Origin: Ranitomeya imitator
Lineage: Eukaryota
DNA: 64,000 nt
Direction: 5' to 3'
Assembly (NCBI RefSeq): GCF_032444005.1
Contig: NC_091283.1
Location: 823,174,001-823,238,000, forward strand
Shown here: positions 12,758 through 25,645 of the stretch, in pieces
How positions within the stretch are numbered: the stretch's first letter is position 1
Layout: each line of letters starts with the position of its first letter
Notes under the pieces: model-generated
The model's input: the letters and a program-made list of their open reading frames with translations, nothing else
Databases searched by the model: none
Told to the model about the DNA's origin: nothing
Made by a program: the position numbers and the translations under genes

Positions 12758-13702
12758 CTGGAGAGCAGAAATGTAGGATAGTTCATGGGCAGGTTCACTC
12801 ATCACCTGCATAAAACCATTGTTTTTTTTTTCCTGCTCAACAGTCAGAACTTCTTCCCCACCCCACCCCACCCCCATTTTCTGTTCAGCTACAAGAGACT
12901 TTTGCCGTCGGTGGGATGAGCTGCATTTAATGTAGATGCTATTATTCCATAAAGAAACATTGGAGTTCAAATTTATATCAATATTTGAAAGTTTTATTTT
13001 TTTTTTACCACTATATAAACAATCGTTACAGATGATGCCAACAATTCATTGTACAAGTCGTTGTGGTTGTTTTGCTACTGAAAACGTATAATAAAAGGAA
13101 AAACTTCAAAACTGAAAAAATATTAAAGGTTATTTATCATCACAAATTGTATGGGAGTTTAAGTTTTGTTTCTTAAAGTAATTTTTCTATACGATGGGGA
13201 CATTCAATTTTCATTTCTTATATATAAAAGCATCTATGTTCTATCATATCATCAAAACCAGTTAGTTTTACAACCCACCCTTTGGTATCTCTAAGGCTAC
13301 GTTCACACGATGAGTTTTTGATGTTGCACATTTTCTGCATCCACTAATTAAAATGAGTTACTTGCATTTATTCGAAAATATGCAAAAAAAAACATAATAC
13401 GTAAAAAACAAAAAATTAACAAAAACTCATTGTGAGAATGTAGCTGATCGTGTATCAGCATGGGAATAAAAATTATTTCTGGCAGCTTCTAAGTTCCTTT
13501 TGAACCTGTCCTATATCTTTGGACATGTGTGTTTTGAGTAAATGCTTGCATTTTTTGCCCCTACATGTGCTTGGAGCTGTTCCTCTGTTATACCTCCAGG
13601 TAATGCATATGCATTCAGAACAACAGAGTATTGATATTTTACTGATAAAGTATTTATCTAAAGGACAGACCGGTCGGGAGCGCCACATCCTGAGAAACGT
13701 AC

Positions 13703-13788
13703 TTTAGTCGGTGCAGGTCAGCGTGGCCAGAGTACAGACCCTGGTTGAAGCGTTCGCTCAGTGTTGTCCAGGGCATGCTGCAATAATC
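13703..13788 (-). CDS. ENTPD7: ENTPD7 coding exon 10 (DYCSMPWTTLSERFNQGLYSGHADLHRLK)
   Basis: 86 nt; acceptor tattaacag, donor AA|GTACGT. Confidence 0.93.
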
Positions 13789-13836
13789 CTGTTAATAAGA
13801 ACAGAAGAGGAACATGAACTAACATCGCCGCTCTGA

Positions 13837-14184
13837 GGCTATGTGCACAAGTTGCGGATTTTGCTGCGAATCCGCAGCGGATTGGCCGCAGCAGATTCGC
13901 AGCAGTTTTCCATGAGTTTACAGTACCATGTAAACATATGGAAAACAAAATCCGCAGTGCACATGCTGCGGAAAAAAACGCATGGAAACATGGTGTTGTT
14001 TATTCTGCAGCATGTCAATTCTTAGTGCAAATTCCGCAGCGGTTTACACCTGCTTCATAATAGGTATCCGCACAAAATCCGCAAAAAAAAAATCACGGTA
14101 ATTCTGCAGTGCGGATTACCTGCGGATTTACCAAAATCAGTCCGGAAAAATCCGCACCACTTTCTGCAACATGTGCACGTGACC
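13837..14184. mobile_element. Harbinger-type MITE in ENTPD7 intron
   Basis: TGA TSDs at 13834 and 14185; GGCTATGTGCAC / GTGCACGTGACC termini; rich in CCGCAG/CTGCGG. Confidence 0.75.
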
Positions 14185-14216
14185 TGAAGGGCCGGTCGCT
14201 GGGTCACAGCACGTAC

Positions 14217-14541
14217 CTTGGCGGCTTTGGAAAACTTCTCATTGTCGTACGCGCCTCCCATCCGCAGCACGTCCTCTGTGCAATAGTAAAACTCTGAGAA
14301 ACCGTAGAATTCGCTGTTTGAGAAGTCGATGGCCGGCTGGTACACGCCATTCAGATAGGCCTGAGAGTCATTAGATTTGGATAAGAGCGGTTCCAGTAGC
14401 TGCCGGCAGCCATCCCAGTTCCCTTTGCCCAACATATGGAAATCCTGCTCCTGCCGCTGAATCTTGTCCTTATGTCCAACTGGTAAACATGGGTCCAAGT
14501 ATGGCGAGCTGGGATTAATGCCCTTCTGCTCTCCCTGTGCT
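14217..14541 (-). CDS. ENTPD7: ENTPD7 coding exon 9 (AQGEQKGINPSSPYLDPCLPVG...FYGFSEFYYCTEDVLR...KAAK)
   Basis: 325 nt open frame; acceptor ttttgctgcag, donor AAG|GTACGT. Confidence 0.95.
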
Positions 14542-14990
14542 CTGCAGCAAAAGATGATATGTCAGTTAGTGTATTAAAGGGATTGTCAGATGCCACTCAG
14601 TTCTACATAAGGACTTGAGCGGCGCTGGCGAGGTCATGTTTGCACCTATAGGGGATACGGCCAGCTCCTTCCATCAGGCCAACCAACGAATGGTCTTGAT
14701 AAAAGGGAAAAACTTTGCCCAGTACACTTGTCTGATCCCTTCTCACTAAAGAAATGTAGGGCATCTACATAATCCGCAATAAAATGTCTTGAAGGTGTCC
14801 CCCGGCCATCTGCAGATACAGATCCCTCCATTCACCTAGCCAGGCAGCGTTCAGAGCCACATCTGGCCAGTGATTATATAAAAAGATGGCCTAGTGATAA
14901 ATACTGAGGAAATTACACAAATAAATGTTACACTTTATTAATCAGTCTTTAAATAAACTCCGAACACTCCAATGACTGGGTATAAAATAC

Positions 14991-15157
14991 CTATTTTTGG
15001 TCACAGTCTCATTGAACACTGAGTCTTCATAACGTTGACGGGCAAAGTTCCCCCCGAAGCCCAAGAATGTAGTGACGTACACCCTGTACACGTGCTCGCT
15101 GTGCTGCAAATCACAACCCAGGTTGAACTCTGCCAGCATCATTTTTGCAACTTCCTC
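14991..15157 (-). CDS. ENTPD7: ENTPD7 coding exon 8 (EEVAKMMLAEFNLGCD...VYVTTFLGFGGNFARQRY...KNR)
   Basis: 167 nt; acceptor atttcag, donor AG|GTATTT. Confidence 0.95.
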
Positions 15158-15204
15158 CTGAAATATACAACAAAGAATTACAACTACAAGTCTACATAAA
15201 ACGT

Positions 15205-16295
15205 TCATCAACTTCCTGTATTACACCCCAGAGCTGCACTCACTATCCTGCTGGTGCAGTCACTGCGTACATACATTACTAATCCTGAGTTACATCCTGT
15301 ATTATACTCCAGAGCTGCACTCACTATTCTGCTGGTGCAGTCACTGCGTACATACATTACTAATCCTGAGTTACATCCTGTATTATACTCCAGAGCTGCA
15401 CTCACTATTCTGCTGGTGCAGTCACTGTGTACATACATTACATTACTGATCCTGAGTTACATCCTGTATTATACTCCAGAGCTGCACTCACAATCCTGCT
15501 GGTGCAGTCACTGTGTACATACATTACTGATCCTGAGTTACAACCTGTATTATACTCCAGAGCTGCACTCACTATTCTGCTGGGGCAGTCACTGTGTACA
15601 TACATTACATTACTGATCCTGAGTTATATCCTGTATTATACTCCAGAGCTGCACTCACTATTCTGCTGGTGCAGTCACTGTGTACATACATTACATTACT
15701 GATCCTGAGTTACATCCTGTATTATATCCCAGAGCTGCACTCACTATTCTGCTGGTGCAGTCACTGTGTACATACATTACATTACTGATCCTGAGTTACA
15801 TCCTGTATTATACTCCAGAGCTGCACTCACTATTCTGCTGGGGCAGTCACTGTGTACATACATTACTGATCCTGTACTGATCCTGAGTTACATCCTGTAT
15901 TATACTCCAGAGCTGCACTCACTATTCTGCTGGGGCAGTCACTGTGTACATACATTACTGATCCTGTACTGATCCTGAGTTACATCCTGTATTATACTCC
16001 AGAGCTGCACTCACTATTCTGCTGGGGCAGTCACTGTGTACATACATTACATTACTGATCCTGTACTGATCCTGAGTTACATCCTGTATTATACTCCAGA
16101 GCTGCACTCACTATTCTGCTGGGGCAGTCACTGTGTACATACATTACTGATCCTGTACTGATCCTGAATAACATCCTGTATTATACTCCAGAGCTGCACT
16201 CACTATTCTGCTGGGGCAGTCACTGTGTACATACATTACTGATCCTGAGTTACATCCTGTATTATACTCCAGAGCTGCACTCACTATTCTGCTGG
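15205..16295. repeat. 81-97-bp minisatellite filling an ENTPD7 intron
   Basis: Unit TACTCCAGAGCTGCACTCACTATTCTGCTGG...CCTGTATTA; period 81 (15305 to 15386), with longer variants further along. Confidence 0.92.
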
Positions 16296-16327
16296 ACCTT
16301 TGGATCTGATGCGAGACCTGCACTTAC

Positions 16328-16476
16328 ATGTTCTGTAGAGGGGAAGGTCATCGTTTTAGGAACCTCATAAGCGATCTGCAGGGATCCGCCACCCATGTCT
16401 ATAATGCCCACCGTCCTCTTGCGGATAATGGCGTCTTCTTGTGTACCTATCGTCACTGCAACCACCGCATCTTCCT
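16328..16476 (-). CDS. ENTPD7: ENTPD7 coding exon 7 (EDAVVAVTIG...RTVGIIDMGGGSLQIAYEVP...EH)
   Basis: ACR4 DMGGGSLQ; acceptor ttttttttgtag, donor CAT|GTAAGT; 149 nt. Confidence 0.95.
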
Positions 16477-16796
16477 CTACAAAAAAAAGGAGCATCAGAA
16501 ACATCACACTCGAAGTCCTCCGACTGCAGAGCGCTGGAGATGTGCCGGATAAAGCCATGTACATGGGGGCAGACATTTCCCCTCTGACCTTACTGCCAGT
16601 TGTCCAGCCTCATCATCGTATAATCGCTGAGAACAGAAAACAATTAAAGGGCTGTGCCCAGGATTAGGAATCACCTATAGAGATGACGGGGCGGGGGGTC
16701 CGGGCACTTGGACATTCACTGATCGCCGTTTGGTGAATTTAGACTTTAGTGTACATATTAATAAATCTGCCCCATTGTTCGCAGATCTCCACTTAC

Positions 16797-16856
16797 CTTC
16801 TACGACGTGGTCGAACCGCCCCAGTACCGAATTTATACTGATCCAAGCGTAAACGC
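16797..16856 (-). CDS. ENTPD7: ENTPD7 coding exon 6 (GVYAWISINSVLGRFDHVVE)
   Basis: 60 nt; acceptor cactgcag, donor G|GTAAGT. Confidence 0.93.
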
Positions 16857-16957
16857 CTGCAGTGGGGGGAACACAACGTGGCACATATTAGGGGGGCCAT
16901 ACTGTCACCAGCCTCACCGGTAACACACCACAGTGGGATTAATCATCGGCATCGTAC

Positions 16958-17061
16958 CTTCTTGTTTTCCTGAGATGACCTCCGCGTGAGCTTCTGAGAA
17001 GAGGAAGTCAAACTCCTGGGGGACGTCCCTCACCAGATCCTGGAGGATGGCGGTCTGCTGA
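16958..17061 (-). CDS. ENTPD7: ENTPD7 coding exon 5 (QQTAILQDLVRDVPQEFDFLFSEAHAEVISGKQE)
   Basis: 104 nt; AG/GT boundaries; start of ACR3. Confidence 0.95.
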
Positions 17062-17511
17062 CTGACCGGAGGACCAGGCATGGGTAGAAATAAGTGATTA
17101 AACATAGTAGAAGAAATTAATGGGGGGGATAACCAGGACGTAAATAATGAAAGCCAAAAATTAAAATAGATCAGTGGAGGACCAACACCCGGTACACCGC
17201 TGATCAGATGTTAGCAGGTCCCACGCCGGCCAGATGCAAACGTGGAGCTGACACTTTGTAGTGGCTGCTCTCCGGTACTGCCGCTCATCTGCTACTTAAT
17301 GTGAGCTGATCTGCAGTACCCGAGAACGACTATTACACGGTGTATGGTGCTGTTCACATCCAGCCAACATGGGGCCTGCTAACATCTGAACATTGGGGGT
17401 GTCGGGTGTGAGACCTCCTTTGATCGGCTATTGATGACCCATCAATATACCAGTACCTTTTAACATATAGGATTAATTACACAGCTGCAATGCAGAGAAG
17501 CAGCTCCTCAC

Positions 17512-17662
17512 CTCTCCGGCAGGACCCTCATGCCCGCAGTGCACAGGATGTACAGAGGAGTCTCCTTGTGCTTCACTTTCGGGATATACAATGCTGCATA
17601 GGCTAAAAGAGGGTTCATGTAGTCGCTTGCTTTTTCCGGTGTAGCTGCTACTGAAGAAATCC
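17512..17662 (-). CDS. ENTPD7: ENTPD7 coding exon 4 (GISSVAATPEKASDY...KHKETPLYILCTAGMRVLPE)
   Basis: ACR2 TAGMR; acceptor cttctag, donor AG|GTGAGG; 151 nt. Confidence 0.95.
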
Positions 17663-17711
17663 CTAGAAGAACGGAGAGAAGGTGTCTACCACAAGAAAGT
17701 CTGTGTGTATA

Positions 17712-19032
17712 CAGTTGTGTGAAAAAGTGTTTGCCCCCTTCCTGGTTTCCTATACTTAAGCATGTTTGTCGTAATTAAATGTTTCAGATCATCAAGCAAA
17801 TGTAAATATTAAACACAAGTAATCCAAAATGCAGTTCATAAATGAAGGCCTTTATTAATAAGAGAAAAAGAAATGCAAACCTACAGGATCCTGTGTGAAA
17901 AAGTGATCTCCGCCCCCAACCCCCCGTCCCCCCCCCAAACACACACACACACACACACACACTATCCACAATTAGCGAAAACATGGAACGGTGGTGATTT
18001 TTCCAGGAGTGGCCAGACAACCAAAAGTACCTTGGGAGCACAGCGACGGCTCATCCAAGAAGTCACAAAAGACCTCACACAACAACATCCAAAGTCCAAA
18101 GAACTGCAGACCTCTCGTCTCAGCTAAGGTCAGTGCTCCACCATAAGAAAGAGCCAGGGCAAAAATGGCCGGCATGGCAAAGTTCCAATACAAAAACCAA
18201 TGCTGAGCAAGAAGAACATAAATGCTCGTCGCAGTTTTGCTAGAAAACATCTTGATGAGCCCCAAGACTTTTGGGAGAATACTCTGTGGACTGACGAGAC
18301 AAAAGTTGAACGTTTTTGGAAGGTATATGTCCCATTACATCTGAAATAGAAGTTAAACAGCATTTCAAAAAGGAACATCATGCCAACAGTAAAATATGGT
18401 GGAGGTAGTGTGATGGATTGGAGCTGTTTTGTTGCTTCAGGACCTGGAAGATTTGCTGTGGTAAATGGAACCATGAATTCTGCTGTCAACCAAAAAATCC
18501 TAGGAGAATGTCCGGCCATCTGTTCATGACCTCAAGCTGAAGCGCACTTGGGTTATGCAGCAGGACAATGATCCAAAACGCACCAGCAAGTCCACCAATG
18601 AATGGCTTAAATACATAATTAAGGAGTGGCCTAGTCAAAGTCCTGACTTTAATCCGACAGATGCTGTGGCATGACCTTAAGGCAGTTCATGCTCGGAAAC
18701 CCTTCAATGTGGCCGAATTGCAACAATTCTGCAAAGATGATTGGCAAAAATTGTAAAAGGCTCATTGCCAGTTATCGCAAACGCTTGATTGCAGTTGTTG
18801 CTGCTAAGGGCGGCCCAACTAGTTACGGTATTAGGTTTAGAGGCAATCACTTTTTCACACAGGGTCCTGTAGGTTTGGATTTCCTTTTCCCTTAATAATA
18901 AAGACCTTCATTTATAAACTGCATGTTATCTTTGTCTAATGTTTACATTTGTTTGGTGATCTGAAACATTTAAGTGCGACAACCATGCAAAAGAAGAGGA
19001 AATTAGGAAGGGGGCAAACACTCACACAACTG
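17712..19032 (+). mobile_element. Degenerate Tc1-like element in an ENTPD7 intron
   Basis: TA-CAGTTGTGTGAAAAAGTGTTTGCCCCC and GGGGGCAAACACTCACACAACTG-TA; frameshifted transposase with WTDETK and QQDNDPK motifs. Confidence 0.82.
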
Positions 19033-19409
19033 TACATCAACTCAGTGGATGGTAGTAAATACTGGTGCTACAACCATAGATGCACAAAATAACCCTGATG
19101 TGATAAAACATATCTTTTTAGACAGCAACATCCCAAAATACTCACTAGGGGGCAGCACATAACCAATTATACAACAAATATCAGCTTCTATCAGTGAGGC
19201 TGGAGTCACTGACCGACATCACCAGGAATCAGGATATCTGTGCAAACATCACAGGGACGAACAGAAATGAGTGGAGCACCATAGCAAAAAGTTTGGCCAT
19301 CTGCGTTGACTGACAAGCAGTGCACTCTATCTTACTAAGAAGTTCTTCAGTAGCTTTTGTGTGCAATAAACAGTGTCCACCTGAAATAGATCCTCATCCT
19401 ATGCTTATC

Positions 19410-19990
19410 AGCTGCTGCAGAGCCGCCTCCGTCAGCTGCTGCAGAGCCGCCTCCCGCGCCCGTCAGCTGCTGCAGAGCCGCCTCCCGCGCCCGTCAGCTG
19501 CTGCATAGCCGCCTCTCGCGCCCCGTCAGCTGCTGCAGAACCCCATCCCGCCCCCCGTCAGCTGCTGCAGAACCGCATTCTGCACCCCGTTAGCTGCTGC
19601 AGAACCCCATCCGCGCCCCGTCAGCTGCTGCAGAACCCCATCCCGCCCCCCGTCAGCTGCTGCAGAACCGCATTCTGCACCCCGTTAGCTGCTGCAGAAC
19701 CCCATCCCGCGCCCCGTCAGCTGCTGCAGAACCGCATCCCGCGCCCCTTCAGCTGCTGCAGAACCGCATCCTGCGCCCCGTCAGCTGCTGCAGAACCGCA
19801 TCCTGCTCCCCTTCAGCTGCTGCAGAACCACATCCTGCTCCCCTTCAGCTGCTGCAGAACCACATCCTGCTCCCCTTAAGCTGCTGCAGAATCTCATTCT
19901 ATGCTTGTCAGCTGCTGCAGAACCTCATACTACACCCATGAACTGCTGTAGAGCCTCATATGATGCCCGTCAGCTGCTGCAGAACCTGTT
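19410..19990. repeat. ~31-bp minisatellite (CAGCTGCTGCAGAACCGCATCCTGCGCCCCGT)
   Basis: Read directly; decays toward the right end. Confidence 0.88.
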
Positions 19991-20154
19991 TATGAAAAGG
20001 ATGGCAGTGTTTTATATCAATAATAGATAGTATATCAAAAAGAGGGTCTGCAGCAACCATAGTGGGACACACTCCAGCTGCAAAATCCCCCTGGACATGC
20101 GGCTAATTTTTGGGATTGGCAGACTGCAGACTGCCGGCAGGTTGCGCTCGGTAC

Positions 20155-20360
20155 CTGGCTTGATCTTCTTCACCACAGGTTTGCTGCCGCGATCCCTCAT
20201 CTGCTTAATATCCAGGAGGTCGTGCGGGTTTCCGTTGTGCGGCGGCCAGAAGTAGACGAACACCCGCGAGCCGCTGCTGCCGCAATCAATGATGATCCCA
20301 TAGTTTAACTTTGCGTCTTCGGTGTCGGTGGCCTCCAAGTCCTCGATCTGGTCCAGATAT
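20155..20360 (-). CDS. ENTPD7: ENTPD7 coding exon 3 (YLDQIEDLEATD...IDCGSSGSR...KKIKP)
   Basis: Apyrase conserved region 1 DCGSSGSR; acceptor ttcttgcag, donor G|GTACCG; 206 nt. Confidence 0.95.
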
Positions 20361-22084
20361 CTGCAAGAAAAGAGCCGGTGACATGGAGGAGGCAGGAGAA
20401 GAACGGGACACACGGGCATTGTAGTGGGGGCAACTATGGCAGATCACCTATCCCCTGAGCAGTACAGGAGCAAACACTCGGCCCCTTTCATCCGCTATTT
20501 GGGGGGCTGCGTATATATGAACCAGCACTAGAACATGGGGGAAACCTGCCAGTCTCCTAGCTGTGGACTGTCCACTTACTGCCCAATAAATCCCACCTAA
20601 AAATACACTGCACATATGAAAGTTTTCGGTAAAATACTCGTTGAAAATTTACGGGCCGATTACAAAACAAGAATTGTGGATTATTTTTGGACGTTTTTTT
20701 GAACATGGTTCTATTGTTCTGTGATCCGGAGGACGACGCATGGCTCCTCGTACTGCGGATGGCTATGATCACTCCTAGAGACAACTAATCCAATTGTATA
20801 CATCGGCTAATGGGTCTAATGCACACGACAGGTATTGACGAAGCCTCAAACGCTCCGTCGAGGGCCCTAGCGGGGGAGATTATATTCCGCTTACATCTAC
20901 GGAGTGTCTGTCTGCTTCTCCCGGCTCATCCATTATGTGAAATCATCCGGCAGCGAGCAGGGACGCTGGCTTTTGCTTGGTAAGCAGAAATTAAAATGGA
21001 CTCACCAGTTAAGCGAGTGACGGTGGGGAGATAATAAGTCTACATTGCTCATTAGGAGAGGACGTAACGTCGTTAGGATCAGATTCCCTCCCAGGAATAG
21101 CGCCCGCAGCCTGGGGAGCGCTGCTAGCAGCCAGGACGGGATTGCAGCCCACCATCCCAGCGTTCTGGGGTGACCATACTGACATGGGCCGATCCGTCTT
21201 GTAGCTGGTAAGTAAAACCGCAATCAGGTTATTCTGTAACAGAACTTGTTCCTGCGAGCGGAAAACCAAACCGCAGCGCGGGGAAGTGATGGCTCTGCTG
21301 ATCGCATTAGACGCGGACACATCTGGCTCGTTAGATGTTACACAATCTGTGGTTACATCATGTCTCGGCTCCTTTGTGGTGGTCTCTTCAAGGGTTCTTC
21401 TCTAATCCCTTTGTTGTAGGCGCAGCATCATTAAGACCCCATTGCCGGATAACGAGGGTATTAACACGTCTGGAAATGAACGCTGCAAAAACTGCAGATA
21501 TCTGCGGCTCCGTCTGCCGCCTGGATAACAGTGTTTTGTAATACTGGAGCCTTTAATCCATTTTTCTACAATTATCGGCATTTCCACTATGGGACGGCTG
21601 ATGCTTAAAACAGTCGTGAAATGAACGGAATTATTGTATTACTTTCTTTTTGTGGAAATTTTGACTATGGAAAGACTATAATCAAGTGATGACAGAGGTG
21701 GAGAATGTGTTAGGATATCACGGATCACAATTATAGCCACTCAATTAAAACATGTCCTCCTATAGAAAACCAGTAGAAGAGCATGGTCTTACTGCTGTCA
21801 TCCCTCCAACATGGTACAACTGCTTTTTGTGCACAAACTAATCTAAGAGGTCCAGGAGCTGTCCAGATTCTCCTGCTACTTTCACTTGCCATCAATTCTT
21901 CTTGCGTGGGCAATTCCTTTTCATGAGCATTCTGCCAGCACTATAGGGACTGGAATATATCTTAGCTTTACTTTCCAATATGCATTTTTCCTGTCAATGT
22001 CAAATGACAATACACTGAATCAAAAGCTTGCCACTCTGTTACACCTAAAGCCAGTGTAACAGACAGGAGAGCAGGGTCCAGTAA

Positions 22085-22680
22085 GAGACAAAGACCCGCC
22101 CCCACTTCCCGTGAAGGGACAAAGACCCGCCCCCACTTCCCGTAAAGAGACAAAGACCCGCCCCCACTTCCCATAAAGAGACAAAGACCCGCCCCCACTT
22201 CCCATAAAGAGACAAAGACCCGCCCCCACTTCCAGTAAAGAGACAAAGAGTTGCCCCCACTTCCCGTACAGAAACCCCCCTCTACTTCTTGTAAAGAGAC
22301 AAAGACCCGCCTCCACTTCCCATGGAGAAAGCTGCCCCACTTCACGTAAGGAAACAAGTACCAACCTACACTTCCCTTACAAAGACCCGCCTCCACTTAT
22401 CGTACAGAGACAAAGACCCGCCTCCACTTCTCGTACAGAGACAAAGACCCGCCTCCACTTCTCGTACAGAGACAAAGACCCGCCTCCACTTCTCGTACAG
22501 AGACTAAGACCCGCCTCCACTTCTCGTACAGAGACAAAGACCCGCCTCCACTTCTCGTACAGAGACAAAGACCCACCTCCACTTCTCGTACAGAGACAAA
22601 GACCTGCCTCCACTTCTCGTACAGAGACAAAGACCCGCCTCCACTTCTCGTACAGAGACAAAGACCCGCCTCCACTTCCT
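22085..22680. repeat. 31-bp minisatellite (GAGACAAAGACCCGCCTCCACTTCTCGTACA)
   Basis: Two sub-blocks with a degenerate middle. Confidence 0.88.
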
Positions 22681-22989
22681 GTACATCACAGTATTTATGT
22701 AGGTTGCCTGGAAGTAAAGAAACCATTCACACTGGTTGCCCATTTTTAGAACGGTCATTAGAAGGCTGTTCAGGGTCTCTTTTTTGGGCGGTTACAATGA
22801 ACGTCTCTCGTTCTGGAGGAACGGTCCTATCCTGCAATATACACACAGGCCTTAGAAGTTAATGGGCAGTGTGTTATCTGTGTAGTTTCGTCTATGGCGG
22901 CGCAGCAGGAATATTGAATATTTTGGGGTTTTCCCGCAGATTACATTTGATCGCTAAACTGCCTTAAGGTGTCAGAGGGGCAGCGAAGA

Positions 22990-23520
22990 AGCAACTTCTC
23001 TCCAAGAATAACAAGAACAGACTGACCCTCTATAGGAAGCACAGAGATTGGGCTGCAGGAGACGGGGTAGTGATTTTCTCTGACGAAGCCCCCTTCAGAC
23101 TGCTTGGAACATCTGGAAAACTAATTGTTCGGAGAATAAAAGGGGACGCTGTCATCATGGAATGGGAGCACTTGGCCGTGAACAAAGAATGGGATCTAAA
23201 CATCCTCCAAGAGAAACTTCTCCCAAATATCGAGGAGAAATTGGTGATGAACAATATTTTCTCCAGCATGATGGAGACCATGCCACAAGTCAGGAATGAT
23301 AACTAAGTGACTGCGTGAACAAAACACTGAAATTGTGGGACCATGGCCAGGAAATGCTCCAGATCTCAATCCCCTTGACACTCTGTGGTCAATCCTCAAA
23401 AAGTGACAAAAACCCAGAAATTGTGAGAGCACTGATGAGACCAGAACGGGAGGTCATCTGTTGGGGTCAAACTTTGGCCCATAAAGTATCCAACTTCTGG
23501 ACAAGTCTTGAAAAATAGGG
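22990..23520 (+). mobile_element. Tc1-like transposase fragment
   Basis: IFSDEAPF motif and CCAGATCTCAATCCC (PDLNP); no termini found; bounds approximate. Confidence 0.5.
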
Positions 23521-25645
23521 GTCAATATTGGAAATGCAAACACCGGGGGATGCAGAATTGGGATCCCCTCCCTATGACATCCATGTGCCTTCACTGGTCC
23601 TGATGAGGCAACCTGCAGACACTACAAATGTCAGCTCCTCTACTGTGAATCTGGCCAGCAACAGGTGCACAGCAGTAATCTGCACGAGCCTCCATGGCGT
23701 TGTCTCGCCCTCTGATGTCTGACCCCGATTATGGTTTTCACCAAATTATCTTCGACAGAGAGGGAAAGAAAATGTCTAATGAGTCCACGGGTGAGACGAG
23801 TAATTACCTAAAGACTTTAATCGTCTGCAAAGTTTTTCAAGCCTCTGAACAGCAGCTGCCGAGCTGGGAATCACTGCAACAAGTCTGAAGGAACATGGGA
23901 CGTCACCACCCTGACCCTGGAGACAGCTGCGGGGAGGCGGTGGGAACGGCAGCACCTGGCGGGACGGCTCCGGCCCATGGCACCAATCAGTATCAGGGGA
24001 CAACAACGCACAATGTGAACTGACCCCAACACAGCGTTAGACCCCTTAACGCCACATATTATGCATTTATATTTATCCCCTATGAGCGCTGGTTAATAAT
24101 CGCTCCATGATGGATATCTACGTCATGCTGATCGGAGCAGGAGCCCGGCTGACATTGGTGAAGACTCTACTCCCCGCAGTTTAACCCCCAAGATGCTGCC
24201 GACAATAGAAACGACAAAATTTAAGTGGTTAAACAAAGGGCAGGGCTTCACTCCGACATCAACCTTCCCACCCCCGTCAGCGTTTTACACTCAAATTCCT
24301 TTAGTAAGGCTAAAATAAAATAAAAAGTTTAAATAAGTAAATATTAGAAAGAAAAAAAAAGTTAAAAAATAAAAAACTAAGTATTTTTTCCCACCAACAT
24401 TTATGAAAACAATAAAGACAGCTGATAAATCGCCGAGCTATTGATGTGTCACACTTTTACCTGTGAAAATAATAATTAAATGTACCCAAAACGGGACCAA
24501 TGAAAACGTCAACTCATGGCACAAAGAAACAAAAACCTTCACAGCTGTGTTGTTTGCAAACAAAAAAAAAACAAAAAACACATTACTGCGCACAGCATAT
24601 TGCGACACAAACAAAAATTGTTCTTTTTTTTGGGGGGGGTGGGGGGGGGGACGGGAGAGGAGATTTTATTGTACAAAAGTAGAGTTTTTGCTGCATTTTT
24701 TAATGCAAATTTTGAGATGCGCTGTACAGTACCAGCAAAAGTTATGAGATTTCAGAAAACTCGTGCACACATTTTTAATTCCAGCATGTCATTTCTTTCT
24801 GCAGGGTTTTTTTCACCCATAGAAAGTGGAAAAACGCAGAAAACAAAAAAAACGTAGGTATCAGGTCTTTTGCATCATGTTGCATCATGTTTTTTGGGGG
24901 CTCTAAACTATCAATATGCAGAAGAGACAATAAAAACACAGCAAAACCTGCTGTTTGTAAGCAGCTTATTTACTGCCAAGAGAGCAGGTGTTACCTGAAG
25001 AAAAAAAAAAAAAAAAAAAACACAGCAAAAATGCAATGTGTGAACATAGCCTTACATGTATAAGTTAGCTGAAAAACTAAACCGCTGTGGCTACTAGAAC
25101 ACAGGGATAAAAATAGGAAAGAAAATGGACCAGTCGGATAACCCGACATATCTCAAGTAAATACTTATATTCTTCGCAATATCACAATACAAGAACATAT
25201 GTTATTGGAAATGCGCAGAGCCGGTTACTCCTGCAAATTACGGAGCTGGCAGCTTGGCGCCATTATTTGGTGTGTGAATCACAGTGGGATGTCGACATAG
25301 CCACACATTTCTAAGAGGAATAATGGAGGATCAGCACAATGCAGAGTTCATGGAAGGTACAAGTATTTACTAAAAGACATTTCAGGAAAAGTGACATTTT
25401 CTTAAGTCATATTTATTTTTCTAGGATGGCTCTAAATGGTTTGCATAATTAATTAATTTGCCTCAAATCCTACTAAAAATAATAGCGTCAGTAATAACAG
25501 ATGTGACTTATTTATGTGCACATGTCGCCATATAGTCAGGAAATATTTCTGAAACATCTGATTAATTTCTGGGTGTGATTACAGGTATAAGCTGCTCATG
25601 GTCTCAACAATTAGGTTGGGAATATGAGAAGGCGTTGGTAACAGG

